Virus record (IMG/VR): IMGVR_UViG_3300044835_000040
Span: 1 to 64,000 of that record
DNA: 64,000 nt
From: a virus
Reading direction: 5' to 3' (one strand)
This document shows positions 1 through 10,109 of this stretch, piece by piece. Numbering within the stretch: the first letter of the stretch is position 1; the number at the start of each line of letters is the position of its first letter. A program made the position numbers and the translations under genes. Under the pieces are notes generated by a model. It ran no database searches and had not been told where the DNA came from. It saw only the letters and a program-made list of their open reading frames with translations.

Positions 1-2
1 AC

Positions 3-152
3 AGCCGCAAGCCTGACGTATTCCTTGACCTGATCGAGCAGGTATCCCCCGGGCCGTACGTGGAGATGTTTGCTCGCCGCGCTCGTTTCGGCTGGGATTA
101 CTGGGGAGATGAGTCGCTAGGAACCGCGCAGATGGAGGCTACAAATGTCTGA
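3..152 (+). CDS. C-terminal part of an MT-A70-family adenine methyltransferase (truncated by window start)
   Basis: Frame 3 reads SRKPDVFLDLIEQVSPGPYVEMFARRARFGWDYWGDE, matching the MT-A70 C-terminal HSRKP...ELFAR...GW..WG.E signature. Not in the ORF track. Confidence 0.8.
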   Translation, partial: SRKPDVFLDLIEQVSPGPYVEMFARRARFGWDYWGDESLGTAQMEATNV

Positions 153-798
153 TTCCATGCAGGCCGAAATGCCCGGGGCGAGGGAGGCACGGGAGAGGCG
201 CATAGTCGGTAGGTACGCAGAAGCGCAGAACGTCCTCGATGACTGTGGCATCCCGCGCAGGAAGTCAGATACGGCCGACTGCGAGGACTACACGCTGCCC
301 GAACGTGTGCGGCTCCTCGCTGCTCGTGTGGCTGGGTGTCCCGGCCGCCGGTTCCGCGTTGGTGTGAACCCGCAGAGCGGCGAGCTGTCCGTAACCCAGA
401 TCGCGGGCGACCCGTTGGTGTTGTCGTTCGACGCCGACGACCGGCCGATCGTGCCTGAGCCTGTGGAGGCTGTAGATCAGGTCTGGCTTTGCCCTAGCTG
501 CGGGATGGATCGTCCTTCGTTCGCGGTTGACTTGGGTAAATGCGCGGGCTGTGGTTCTGACGAGCCGCCTGACGGGCCCGTCCCTGCCAAGGCTGCTGCT
601 GGGTGTCCCGACGAGGGACAACGGGAGGACCGGTGTGAACGATGTGGCCGGGTGCTCCACGACGACGATGGCCTGATGAACGAGGACTTGTCGGCGTCGA
701 TCTGCGACGACTGCGAAACCTTCTGCACGGCCTGCGCGAACCAGCTAGATCAAGACGGCTCGTGCCCCCATTGCGAAGAACCGTGGAGGAACGCATGA
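145..798 (+). CDS. Hypothetical protein with several CxxC zinc-ribbon motifs
   Basis: ORF with GGAGG RBS; CPSC, CAGC, CERC, CDDC, CTAC and CPHC pairs. Confidence 0.65.
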   Translation: MSDSMQAEMPGAREARERRIVGRYAEAQNVLDDCGIPRRKSDTADCEDYTLPERVRLLAARVAGCPGRRFRVGVNPQSGELSVTQIAGDPLVLSFDADDRPIVPEPVEAVDQVWLCPSCGMDRPSFAVDLGKCAGCGSDEPPDGPVPAKAAAGCPDEGQREDRCERCGRVLHDDDGLMNEDLSASICDDCETFCTACANQLDQDGSCPHCEEPWRNA

Positions 799-1280
799 TT
801 GACCCCCGCTTGGAAGCAGCCGCGAATGGTGTGCTCGACCATTACTACCATCGCCGCGCGAAGCAACTGCTGCAAGACCAGACGCTTGAAGGCGCGATGC
901 AAAGGCTTCACCGCGCTCTCGGGGCCGTTGCTGCTTCTCCCGAGGATGAGGGCGACGCGGCGATTGTCGAGTGGTTCGTGCGGATGCAGGCCGAGGCCGA
1001 AGCGTCCCACGTCATCGAGGCGGCTGCGAAGGCGATAGCTGACGCTGACGGCTGGGACTGGCTGCCCGACGACCCGACCGACAAGGACGGGTATCGAGAG
1101 ACGGCGCGGAAAGCACTTGCCGCCGCGCGGGCCGTTGCTGCTCCTCCCGAGCGGCAACGGGAGGACGCGTGGCGTGCGGTTGGCGAAGACATCGGAGAGG
1201 CCAAGCACGGGACGCTTGGCGGTGGCCCTTTCCCGTCAACGTCCTACACCGTTGACCCGACGGGCTTGGACGAGGACTGA
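795..1280 (+). CDS. Hypothetical protein
   Basis: ATGA overlap with the previous stop; GGAGGA RBS. Confidence 0.6.
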   Translation: MIDPRLEAAANGVLDHYYHRRAKQLLQDQTLEGAMQRLHRALGAVAASPEDEGDAAIVEWFVRMQAEAEASHVIEAAAKAIADADGWDWLPDDPTDKDGYRETARKALAAARAVAAPPERQREDAWRAVGEDIGEAKHGTLGGGPFPSTSYTVDPTGLDED

Positions 1281-1606
1281 TGGCGCAGGTGACGGCCGAC
1301 GAGCAGACGTACGTGGTGACAGAGATCCGCTTCAGTCTCGGCGAGGCGTGCCCGATGGAGGCGTGGGGCTACGTGGTCGAGGAGGGCGAGGAGCCGTCGG
1401 TGACGCACACACCGGACCGGCGGATGGGCGCGAAGATCGGGGATACGATCTCTACCGTGGAGCGGCACGACCCGCCGACCCGGCGGCTGGCGTATCAGGA
1501 CTCGCTGGGCCGGTGGTGCCTGGATCACGGGGATCTGTACTGGCGCCCGATCTCGGAGGAGCTGCACGACGCGATCGACAAAGCGATGCTCGGGATTTAC
1601 TGCTGA
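1280..1606 (+). CDS. Hypothetical protein
   Basis: TGATG coupling; GAGGA RBS. Confidence 0.6.
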   Translation: MAQVTADEQTYVVTEIRFSLGEACPMEAWGYVVEEGEEPSVTHTPDRRMGAKIGDTISTVERHDPPTRRLAYQDSLGRWCLDHGDLYWRPISEELHDAIDKAMLGIYC

Positions 1607-1819
1607 TGGCCGAGCCGCGAGCGGGCGCGCCGGACTTCGCGGGCGACAGCGCGGGCGTCACGATCGCGATCCCGGCGTGCGATGAGCATCCTCCGCTGAG
1701 CGAGTGGCCGGAGAAGAACCTGATCACGGGCCAGTGCCCGTCGTGCGGGTGCGGTGGCATAGTGGACGGCTGGGCGGCAGCGCGGGTACTGAAAGGGCGT
1801 CGGCTGGGGCAGCAGGCCC

Positions 1820-1881
1820 TTGACGTGTAGAGCGACCGATGGTAGCTTGACGCGTGCAACCGATGACGGAGGTGTGAGATG
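1820..1881 (+). promoter_or_regulatory. Class-i header: TTGACG-N17-TAGCTT with palindrome AGCGACCGATGGTAGCT (1831-1847), GCAACCGAT and GGAGGTGTGAGATG
   Basis: Read directly; same architecture recurs in the window. Confidence 0.75.
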
Positions 1882-2553
1882 AGCCGCAGGATTGAGGCGC
1901 CGACGATCGACGAGCACGGGGACGAAACTCACCCGGCGTTCGGGTTGATCGGCGCGTCGCGTGGGCAGGCGGGTCCGCCCGGCGCGACGCTGTTCGACAG
2001 TGACATCCAGCATCGCAACGTGGTGACGGTCACGATCTACGAGGCGACGCGCGCCCGGTCGCTGAATCACGACCGGATCCACCCGAAAGGCGTGCGGGGC
2101 ATACTCGCTGAGGTGTCGATGTCCGAGGCGCAGTGGGCGTCGTTCGTGTCGAGCATGAACACCGGCTTCGGCGTGCCGTGCACGGTCCAGCGCAAGCTGG
2201 GCGACTGGGACCTGCCGGGCTTGCCGTATGAGCCGCGGCTGGCCGAGTCGCTGGAGGAGGTGCGCTCCGCTGGCGACAAGGCGTTCGCGGAGATCCAGGA
2301 GGCGTTCGAGGCGGTCGAGGAGAAGCCGACGAAGGCGAATATCTGCGCGCTGAAGTACAAGATCGCGAACGCGACGCCGAACATGGAGTTCGCTGCTGAG
2401 TCGCTGAGCGAGCACGCGGAGAACGTGGTGCAGAAGGCGCGCGCGGACGTGGAGTCGATGGTGGTCGCGAAGGCGCAGCAGCTCGGGCTGGAGCCTGCTG
2501 ACCTGGGCGGCGTGCCGCAGCTCAGCGTGGGCGACGAGGAGCTGGTCGGCTGA
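1879..2553 (+). CDS. Hypothetical phage protein
   Basis: Strong RBS; first gene after a class-i header; typical codon usage. Confidence 0.75.
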   Translation: MSRRIEAPTIDEHGDETHPAFGLIGASRGQAGPPGATLFDSDIQHRNVVTVTIYEATRARSLNHDRIHPKGVRGILAEVSMSEAQWASFVSSMNTGFGVPCTVQRKLGDWDLPGLPYEPRLAESLEEVRSAGDKAFAEIQEAFEAVEEKPTKANICALKYKIANATPNMEFAAESLSEHAENVVQKARADVESMVVAKAQQLGLEPADLGGVPQLSVGDEELVG

Positions 2554-2816
2554 TGGCGGCCCCGTTCGACGACATGAGCATCGACAGGCGGATCGCGGTG
2601 GGCGCGCTGCTGGAGGTGATGCCCGTGATGCGCAATGTCGCGACGACGACGGCGAAGCTGCTGATCGCGCACGGCGGCGACAGTGATGCAGCCATCGCCG
2701 AGCTGCGGGGCATCGCTGCGGGGATCGATCTCGACGGGGTGTTCGATCCGGTGACGCTGATCGTGGAGTCGATCCGTGAAGCGCAGCGGGAACTGGAGGC
2801 GCAGCGTGGCGCGTAA
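2553..2816 (+). CDS. Hypothetical protein
   Basis: TGATG coupling. Confidence 0.55.
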   Translation: MAAPFDDMSIDRRIAVGALLEVMPVMRNVATTTAKLLIAHGGDSDAAIAELRGIAAGIDLDGVFDPVTLIVESIREAQRELEAQRGA

Positions 2817-3063
2817 GCAGGTGGGTCTACCGGGGGAGCTGGTCGACCAGATCGACATCGTGGCCGAGGCGGTCAACCTGTCCCGGAACGCGTACGTGGA
2901 GCAGGCCGTGCGCGCGTGGATGGAGCAGCCGCGTTCGACGCAGCGGATGCGGATCTCGCAGGCTGAGCGTACGCCGGAGGTGACGTTGGCGAACCGGCCG
3001 CCCGAACGTCCGCGCGGCAAGCGGAACGTCCGTCCGGCCTACCCGAAAGCGAGCAAGCGATGA
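2806..3063 (+). CDS. Ribbon-helix-helix (CopG-like) DNA-binding protein
   Basis: ARKQVGLPGELVDQIDIVAEAVNLSRNAYVEQAVRAW fits the RHH pattern; GGAGG RBS before the GTG. Confidence 0.65.
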   Translation: MARKQVGLPGELVDQIDIVAEAVNLSRNAYVEQAVRAWMEQPRSTQRMRISQAERTPEVTLANRPPERPRGKRNVRPAYPKASKR

Positions 3064-3674
3064 CCGATGATGCCCCGGCGAGGACGGTAGCTGTCCGGCT
3101 GCTGCCCGCAGACGCACTGGCCGACGTTGACGCGACAGTAAGGTCGCTGGTCGGCAAGCAGGTCTACGACTCGCCGGGCAGCGAGGAGGTGACGGGGAAG
3201 ATCGTCGCTGCTGACGCGCGGGAGGGCTGGGTCATCGCGTACGTCGAGCTGACCGCGGAGTGGGCCGTGCGGGTGCAGGTCGACCCGAGTATCGCGGGGA
3301 TGCGGTTCCTGAGCACGCCGTCGCAGCCGACGCTGCTGCAGCGCACAGGGGAGAGCCTGGAGCTGATGATGCCTGCGCCGCCCGGAGGGCTGGGCCTGCA
3401 GGACCTGGAGGCGCTGATCACGGCCGGTACGGAATGGACGGTGCCGGGCGCTTCGTTCCATGATCTGAGGGCTGCGCGGCCGTCGGAGTGCGCTGGCTGC
3501 CCGTTCGTGGAGTCGAGCCGTGACGTGAACCCGTCCGATCCTGGCGAGGGCTACTACATGTGCGGGCTGATCCACAAACGCACGGGGGAGCCGGTGGAGG
3601 TGTGGGGCGAGAGTCCGCGGTGCGAGCCGGAGTGGTGGGTCGAGGAGGCCCTGAAAGAGCTGGGCCGTGCCTGA
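3060..3674 (+). CDS. Hypothetical protein
   Basis: Coupled ORF with a Cys-rich C-terminus. Confidence 0.55.
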   Translation: MTDDAPARTVAVRLLPADALADVDATVRSLVGKQVYDSPGSEEVTGKIVAADAREGWVIAYVELTAEWAVRVQVDPSIAGMRFLSTPSQPTLLQRTGESLELMMPAPPGGLGLQDLEALITAGTEWTVPGASFHDLRAARPSECAGCPFVESSRDVNPSDPGEGYYMCGLIHKRTGEPVEVWGESPRCEPEWWVEEALKELGRA

Positions 3675-4080
3675 CGTTCTCTGCCGCGCGAGCGAACTGA
3701 AGGTGGGCCAGCGCGCGGCACGCCGAGACCGGCACGACGAACGCACCTTCGAGGTGGCCGCGCACGCTGAGCGCGGCGACGGCACGGTGTGGCTGCGCGG
3801 GGAGTACATCGGCGAACCGGCTGGCTTCGCGATGGTCGTCGGTCCCGATGAGGTGTTCGTCCGGCGTGACATCGACAGTGACCATCTCGTCTTCATGCTG
3901 GAGGCTGAGCATCTGCCGAACGGGTACTGGCGTGGGAAGGTGTGGGTTGACGGCGTAGACGAGGTATTCGAGGGCGAGTCCTTTCACGATCTGGGGGAGG
4001 TGCGGACATGGGCAGCGGGACTGATGCACACGGTGCCGACGACGGAGGAGCGCGGGTCGGACAAGAACTGCGAGACCTGA
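3667..4080 (+). CDS. Hypothetical protein
   Basis: Overlapping start, in line with the operon. Confidence 0.5.
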   Translation: MPDVLCRASELKVGQRAARRDRHDERTFEVAAHAERGDGTVWLRGEYIGEPAGFAMVVGPDEVFVRRDIDSDHLVFMLEAEHLPNGYWRGKVWVDGVDEVFEGESFHDLGEVRTWAAGLMHTVPTTEERGSDKNCET

Positions 4081-4457
4081 TCACCGACGACGAACGACGC
4101 GTCGGTAAACGGCTCGGGCTGGTCCCGATGCCGACCGAGACAGCACCGCAGTTCCGGGCTCGGGTGCTCGCTCACGTACGCAGGAACGATCGCGTGGTGC
4201 TCACGGTCGGCGGGGTGCTCGATCTCGCGGAGGAACGCGTCGGTAGGCACGTGAAGGTGACGGTCGCGAACGACGGGCCGGGCGAGGTACTGGTCCGTCT
4301 CCGCTGCAGCTGGTGGCGCCGGTTGCGGATCAGCGTGCAGGACCGGGAGCGCAGCCGCAAGGAGCTGGAAGCGGAGCTGGTCGAGCGGACGCCGGTCACG
4401 TCTCGCGTGCGTGTCCTCCGGTCCTGACGTTCGGCGCGGGCGAGTAGCCTCGGGCTC

Positions 4458-5132
4458 GTGAGCGTCGAACCCCGCGGGGCCGTCGAAGAGGTCAAAAAAA
4501 TCAAATCGACGAAACTCGCGCCGACCGCTCCCGCGGGTCTCGCGATCGGGGATCTCGTCATCATCGCGTGCCTGTCGATCCCGACTGTGGCGAGCGCGGG
4601 GCCGTTCGCGTTCACGACCCCGGCGGGCTGGACGCAGTTCACGGCCGGGAAAGCCGAATTCACGGAAGGCACGTCGAAGATGGCGGCGCAGGTCTTCTAC
4701 AAGATCATCACGTCGGCGACGCTGCCGGAAATCGAAGCGGCCGGGGAATGCACGATCGATCTGATGACGTTCGCGTTCAAGGGCGGCTCGTTCGGCTCGA
4801 CAGAACCGCTTGCGGCGCAGAGCGCGGCATGGAAAACCGGCGGGGAAGGCGCGACGGGCAACGTCTCCAGCATCGGCGGTGCTGGCGTGAACGCGGGTAG
4901 CTACGCGGTCGAGATGGTTCAGGGGAAAGGTGCTACGAGCGCGAGCACCGCGGGCTGGAGCGTGCTGAAGGAAAACATCAACAGCTTCGCGTGGACGCCC
5001 GCTTCGGGGATGCCTGCCTCGGGGGAAATCACGGGCACGTTCGTGTACCTGAAGACGACCGCGAAAATCGTGTCGGGTCTGGCGTTCGTCGTGCAGGCGT
5101 TGCCGCAGAAACCGCTGCCGATGATGGTCTGA
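4458..5132 (+). CDS. Putative virion surface / minor tail protein (Asp-poor, leaderless)
   Basis: GDLVIIA..TTPAGWT..FYK resembles beta-rich actinophage minor tail modules; TAGCCT lies 7 nt before the GTG; GAA/AAA-rich codons. Confidence 0.55.
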   Translation: MSVEPRGAVEEVKKIKSTKLAPTAPAGLAIGDLVIIACLSIPTVASAGPFAFTTPAGWTQFTAGKAEFTEGTSKMAAQVFYKIITSATLPEIEAAGECTIDLMTFAFKGGSFGSTEPLAAQSAAWKTGGEGATGNVSSIGGAGVNAGSYAVEMVQGKGATSASTAGWSVLKENINSFAWTPASGMPASGEITGTFVYLKTTAKIVSGLAFVVQALPQKPLPMMV

Positions 5133-5158
5133 CGCCGGGTGTCTGTACACTCCTGCGG

Positions 5159-5425
5159 GTGAGTGCGGGAGAGCGGGTAGCGCGGGAGCTGGCGGACATC
5201 CTCGACGGTGAGGAGGACGCGCCGCAGACGGTCGCGCGCTTGTCGCAGCTGGCTCGTGAGGCGCGTGACGCTGACTCGCTGGTCGAGCAGCAGCTGACGC
5301 TGAGGACGGCGGCGCAGGAGGCTCGTGCGCTCGCTCGCAGGTTGCAGAGGTTGACGGTGCGGGTGCAGGACGCGATGACCGCTGCAGGGATGCAGATCAC
5401 GACAGGGGACGATCTTGCCGAGTGA
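5159..5425 (+). CDS. Hypothetical coiled-coil protein (leaderless)
   Basis: TACACT -10 box 7 nt upstream of the GTG. Confidence 0.5.
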   Translation: MSAGERVARELADILDGEEDAPQTVARLSQLAREARDADSLVEQQLTLRTAAQEARALARRLQRLTVRVQDAMTAAGMQITTGDDLAE

Positions 5426-6530
5426 CGAGAAGTTCGAGCGGGTCAAGAAGGGCATCCGGCTGCTAGAGCGCGACGGCGTGCCGGTCGTCCAGCTGGTCGG
5501 CGCGGGCGTGCTCGCCGAGGCCGCGGAGCAGCGCGTGGAGCCGGGGACGCAGGACGGCGTGGAGTGGGTCCCGGAGGACAAGCGCGAGCGGTACGCCACG
5601 TCTGGCGTCGGCTGGCCCGACTAAGGAGGAGCGACGAAATGGACGGACGGTCGATGAGCAAGGAAGGGCTGACGGTCGATGGTGGCCGCGGCTGCCCGGA
5701 GGGCGGCGGGCACGCGGTCAGGGAGGGCGTGCTGGAGGCCGCGAAGCAGAGCGGGCAGGCGACGGGGACCTGCGAAAAGTGCGGCTCGAACGTGACGGTG
5801 CGCCGTGGGAGCTGAGACGAAGGTCGAGACGACGGCCGAGACGATCCTGCCGGAGGCGGGGCAGCAGTTAACGGACGCGCGCGGGCGGAAACTGCTCGTG
5901 CAGAGCGTGAACGTCGGCGACCCGCTCGGGCGCGAAGTGGTCGGCACGATCGTCAATCCTCCGGCGCCGACGCGGGACTACTCCACGTCGCTCGCGATCT
6001 GGAAGACGGTCTGGCTCGACAAACGGCCGGAGCGCGAGCGCGAGCCCGGCGATCTCGGGTGAGGCGCGTCACGATCGAATGGGAGACCGTGCCGCCGGAG
6101 GGCGAGCTGGTCGAGGCGGCGTGCAAGCAGGAGTGCCCTGACTGCATCTCGAACATCGCGCTGGTGGAGACGCAGCCGGGCCGCTTCGAGGTGACAACGT
6201 TCCACGACGCGACCTGCCCGGTGCTGTCGGCCGAGGGGCACGATGGTTGACTGCACGGTCATCCTGCGCGCTGAGGATGAGCGGGAACGGCTCCGCTACA
6301 CGCGCAGTGAAGCGCGGCAGGTGATCGGCAACGCGTTCCCGATCACCGACATTCACGGCAGGGAACTGGGCGAGGGGCGGATCAGGGCGGCGCAGGTGAC
6401 GGCCGAGGGGCAGCGGCTGGTGCTGACGGTCGCGGTGCCGGACCATCTCGCGAAAGGCTTCGAGACGGACACCGGCTCGGTCGTCGGTAAGCCGCGGACG
6501 CCGCTGCCGGGACTGCCGGGCGCGTGAGCC

Positions 6531-6737
6531 GTGGCGGCCAAGCAAAGGGTCAATGTGCGGCTCGACCCGGCGCTGTGGGATGGCGCCGCTGATTACGGCG
6601 CTGAGCACGGGCTGCTGAAGCGCGACGGGTCAGCCGACCGGACGGCGGTGCTCGAACACGCGCTCAGGATGCTGCCGCACGTGCCGCCACCGGAGGAGCC
6701 TGCAGATAGAAACGGCGAGGTAGCCTCCGACGCATGA
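6531..6737 (+). CDS. Ribbon-helix-helix-like DNA-binding protein
   Basis: KQRVNVRLDPALW...RTAVLEHALR. Confidence 0.55.
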   Translation: MAAKQRVNVRLDPALWDGAADYGAEHGLLKRDGSADRTAVLEHALRMLPHVPPPEEPADRNGEVASDA

Positions 6738-6820
6738 GCCCCGGATTGATCCTTCTCATCGCGTTGATCGCGGCGCTGCTGTTCGGTGTCGGCTTCGTGG
6801 TGCACGTCCTGATCGTCTGA
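6734..6820 (+). CDS. 28-aa single-TM peptide MSPGLILLIALIAALLFGVGFVVHVLIV
   Basis: Translated by hand; preceded by TAGAA-N9-TAGCCT-N7-ATG (class-ii leaderless promoter). Confidence 0.55.
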   Translation: MSPGLILLIALIAALLFGVGFVVHVLIV

Positions 6821-6872
6821 CCTGACCGCCCGGTAGAGTCGCTGGCTGGTAAAAGCGACCTGGAGGTGCGAG

Positions 6873-7991
6873 ATGGGAGAGCAGGAGCAGCTGGCAGTCC
6901 GCAACGCGGACGTGGTGTTCCAGATGAACCACGGCGGCGAAGCGCTGATGGGGGAGCTGAAGGCCCTGATCGGGCTGAACCGACTGCGCTTCGGCGTCGA
7001 CGAGACGTGGCGGACGGACGCGCGCGGACTTCCGGCGGGCATCGCGCTGCTGTTCACGCAGCGCGTCGCCGAGAACTACTGCTACATCGCTGAAGTCGAC
7101 GGCGCGGTGGCACGGGTGTATCTGACGAGCTACGGCACGGCAAATGTCGAAGCCTACGGCCGGGACGTGGGGGCGGCCGAGGCGGCGCTGGAGGCCGCGA
7201 AGGGCTGGCTGCCGAAGGCCGAGCCGGACGAGGAGCAGGTCCGGGTCACGTTCTGGACCTATGGCGCGCACGGCCCGGCGAGCATCGAGCGGCCTGTCGA
7301 CGCGGACACGTGGGAGAACGTGATGGAGAACTACAGCGCGTCGGTGAGGGAGCTGCTGGGCCGGATGATGAGCAGCGCCTTCCGGCCGGGCAACGGTGGG
7401 CAGCTGGTGCTGTGGTCGGGGCCTGCGGGCACGGGGAAGACGAACGCGCTCCGTGCGCTCGCGCAGCAGTGGCGTGACTGGTGCTCAATCCACTACATCG
7501 TGGACCCGGAGCACTTCTTTGGCACGCACGCGGACTACCTGATGGAGGTCCTGATCAACGGGGAGGGCGAGAAGGTCGACGAGGACGGCACGCCGCGGCC
7601 GGAGAAGTGGCGGCTGCTCGTGCTGGAGGACTCTGGTGAGCTGCTGTCCAAGGACGCGAGCGAGCGTGTCGGGAAGGCCCTCGCGCGGCTGCTGAACACG
7701 GTCGACGGGCTGATCGGTCAGGGCCTGCGCGTGATGGTGCTGGTGACGACAAACGAGCCGGTCGGCGAGCTGCACGAAGCGATCTCCCGGAAGGGGCGCG
7801 CCGCGATGCAGATCGACTTCACGAAGCTGAACGTGGCCGAGGCTCGCCGCTGGCGTGACGCGCACGACCTGGAGGACACCTCGCAGATGCCCGCGACGCT
7901 CGCGGACCTGTACGCGGAGCTGAACGGCTTCGACGACTCGCAGCTGTCGCAGAACGGCCACCGGTCGGTCGGGTTCGCCACGACCCCCTAG
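6873..7991 (+). CDS. AAA+ ATPase (DUF5925-like N-terminal domain)
   Basis: Walker A GPAGTGKT, Walker B LLVLED, sensor VTTN, SRKGR; GGAGGTGCGAGATG start motif. Confidence 0.85.
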   Translation: MGEQEQLAVRNADVVFQMNHGGEALMGELKALIGLNRLRFGVDETWRTDARGLPAGIALLFTQRVAENYCYIAEVDGAVARVYLTSYGTANVEAYGRDVGAAEAALEAAKGWLPKAEPDEEQVRVTFWTYGAHGPASIERPVDADTWENVMENYSASVRELLGRMMSSAFRPGNGGQLVLWSGPAGTGKTNALRALAQQWRDWCSIHYIVDPEHFFGTHADYLMEVLINGEGEKVDEDGTPRPEKWRLLVLEDSGELLSKDASERVGKALARLLNTVDGLIGQGLRVMVLVTTNEPVGELHEAISRKGRAAMQIDFTKLNVAEARRWRDAHDLEDTSQMPATLADLYAELNGFDDSQLSQNGHRSVGFATTP

Positions 7992-8052
7992 ACAGAGCGA
8001 CCGTCGGTCGCTATACTCCGCGGTGCAACCGATCGTGGAGGTGGATTCGATG
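7989..8052 (+). promoter_or_regulatory. Class-i header: TAGACA-N17-TATACT with palindrome AGCGACCGTCGGTCGCT (7996-8012)
   Basis: Read directly. Confidence 0.8.
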
Positions 8053-8274
8053 AAGTGGATCGCAAGGCGTGAACGTGGTGCGACCGTTGGCTACACAGTG
8101 GTGCTCGTTGGCGCGCTGTGCGCGGTTTTCGGTGTCGTGACGCCGGGCTACGAAGGCTGGCCGATCCTGGGCGGCGCCGCGCTGGCGCTCGTCGGCGTAG
8201 CGCTCGTGGAGCGGGCGCAGCGGGTGTTCCGCCAGACGGTCACTCGCGAATGGGACCGGCAGGTGAGCCGCTGA
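8050..8274 (+). CDS. Small membrane protein (2 TM)
   Basis: Two hydrophobic segments; GGAGGTG RBS. Confidence 0.65.
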   Translation: MKWIARRERGATVGYTVVLVGALCAVFGVVTPGYEGWPILGGAALALVGVALVERAQRVFRQTVTREWDRQVSR

Positions 8275-8573
8275 TGTCGGTCGACCTGTCGCACATGCGC
8301 GAGAACCGGCCGGTGCTCAGGCCGCGTCTGCGGCTGATGCTGCAGGCGATGCTGCACTGCACCGCGGCGCGCCGCGCGAAGGGGCTGGCGCTGGAACCGA
8401 ACACGGGCGAGCTGGCCGCTGACGCGGGTCTCCCCGCGAACGCGTGCCTCGATGCTTGCATGGCGCTGCAGGAGCGCGGCATGGTCGTGCGGCGCAGTGA
8501 CGCGTCGTTCCGGCTCACCGAACGTGGGCTGGTCGAGCTGGCCCGGATCCGCGACGAACGGGCCGCGCGATGA
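8274..8573 (+). CDS. Winged-helix DNA-binding protein
   Basis: TGELAADAGL...LQERGMV...FRLTERG (MarR-like wing). Confidence 0.6.
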   Translation: MSVDLSHMRENRPVLRPRLRLMLQAMLHCTAARRAKGLALEPNTGELAADAGLPANACLDACMALQERGMVVRRSDASFRLTERGLVELARIRDERAAR

Positions 8574-9523
8574 GCCACGGCTGGGATACCGCGCTTGACG
8601 CGATGACGGATCTGCAGCGCTCGTTCCAGACGGACGAGGGGCAGAAGTTCCTCGCGTCGTTCGCGGTCTCGCACACGACGCAGGTGTGGAACAAAGAGCG
8701 CGGCGAGTACGACGTGCGCGAGATGGACGACGCGCTGCATGAGTACGCGCAGTCGCTGATCACCGGCACGATGACGACGGTCACCTCCGGCGACCCGGTG
8801 TGGGTCTCGGAGGAGGTGGTCGACCTGATCGAGGTGGCCGAGCAGACGTTCCGGCCGGAGGCCACGTTCGTCGACGACCCGTTCGTGCCGGGCGCGTTCT
8901 GTTTGCTGGAGCGGCCGATGGTCCACGTCGACGCGCGCGGCAAGCGGATGGCGTTCCGTGCGCTCTCGTGGGGCGCCGCCAACTCCCCGGACGGTAAAGA
9001 GCTGGGGCTGCTCGTCGCGATGTGGGCGCACGCCGATGACGAGGACGACTACTTCCGTGAATTCGCGGAGACGAACGGTGGGCGGCTGACGATCGGCGGC
9101 TCGGAGCTGTCGCTGCTGCACATGGGCCTGATCCCGTGGGGCAGCGAGCGGGTGCTGCAGGAGGAGACGCAGGCGGATCTCGTCCGCACGTTGCAGGTGC
9201 TGTGGCGCCTCGCGAAGCAGGAGATCGCCCTGCCGCGGCAGGAGCGCGCTTCACGCGCGAGCTGGCGCCGCGCGAGTGACTGGCGGTCGATCAAAGAGGT
9301 GACGGTGATGACGCTGCGCCGGTCGCGGCCGAAGCACTCCGAAGGCGACGGTGAGGGCGTGGAGTGGTCGCACCGTTGGCTCGTGCGCGGGCACTGGCGC
9401 AACCAGCCGTACAAGATCGACGGGAGGATGGTGCACCGGCAGATCTGGATAGCCCCGTTCGTCAAGGGTCCCGAGGACCGGCCGTTCGTGCCGAAGCAGC
9501 GAGCGATCGAGTTCACGCGATGA
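8570..9523 (+). CDS. Conserved actinophage hypothetical protein
   Basis: C-terminal RWLVRGHWRNQPY...IWIAPFVKGPED motif common in phage proteins. Confidence 0.7.
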   Translation: MSHGWDTALDAMTDLQRSFQTDEGQKFLASFAVSHTTQVWNKERGEYDVREMDDALHEYAQSLITGTMTTVTSGDPVWVSEEVVDLIEVAEQTFRPEATFVDDPFVPGAFCLLERPMVHVDARGKRMAFRALSWGAANSPDGKELGLLVAMWAHADDEDDYFREFAETNGGRLTIGGSELSLLHMGLIPWGSERVLQEETQADLVRTLQVLWRLAKQEIALPRQERASRASWRRASDWRSIKEVTVMTLRRSRPKHSEGDGEGVEWSHRWLVRGHWRNQPYKIDGRMVHRQIWIAPFVKGPEDRPFVPKQRAIEFTR

Positions 9524-9728
9524 TCCCAGCCCGCCAGCAGCAGTGCCTGGAGTACCTGCAGCGCGTGGGACGCGCGTCGCCTCGGCGGCTGCGCACGGCG
9601 GGCTTCGCGGAGCGCACGGCTGACGCGCTGGTGCGCGCGGGGCTCGTGCGCTACCGGAACGCGCTGAGCCGCGGGCTTACGGTCCGGGTCTACGAGATCG
9701 ACGACCACGCCTACCGGGAGCGGGCATC

Positions 9729-10109
9729 ATGAGCCACCTGATCGGAGAGGGTCCGAGGCAGCCCGTGATCGTGCAGTGCGAGTCGGTGTCGATCGAGGGC
9801 AACCGCTGCGAGCAGAACCGCTCGCACGTCGGGTGCCATGAGGCGATGGTCGACGGAGACTCGCGGCGCTGGTGGGACTGGGAGCCGGAGACGCCGGGCG
9901 AACTGCCCGAGCGTCGGCTGATCGTCACGATGGCGGCGCACGAGGGCCTGTCGGGCGAGTGGTACGGGCCGGTGGCGGGCGTCGAAACGCTGGTCAACGC
10001 GCTGACGGACGCCGACATGATCGAGGCGATCAAGGATCGCAGCGTCCGTGGCTGGGCCGCGATCTACCTGTTGAAGCACGATGGCAAGCTGAGGGAGCTG
10101 CAGCCGTGA
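9729..10109 (+). CDS. Hypothetical protein
   Basis: Coupled ORF. Confidence 0.5.
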   Translation: MSHLIGEGPRQPVIVQCESVSIEGNRCEQNRSHVGCHEAMVDGDSRRWWDWEPETPGELPERRLIVTMAAHEGLSGEWYGPVAGVETLVNALTDADMIEAIKDRSVRGWAAIYLLKHDGKLRELQP

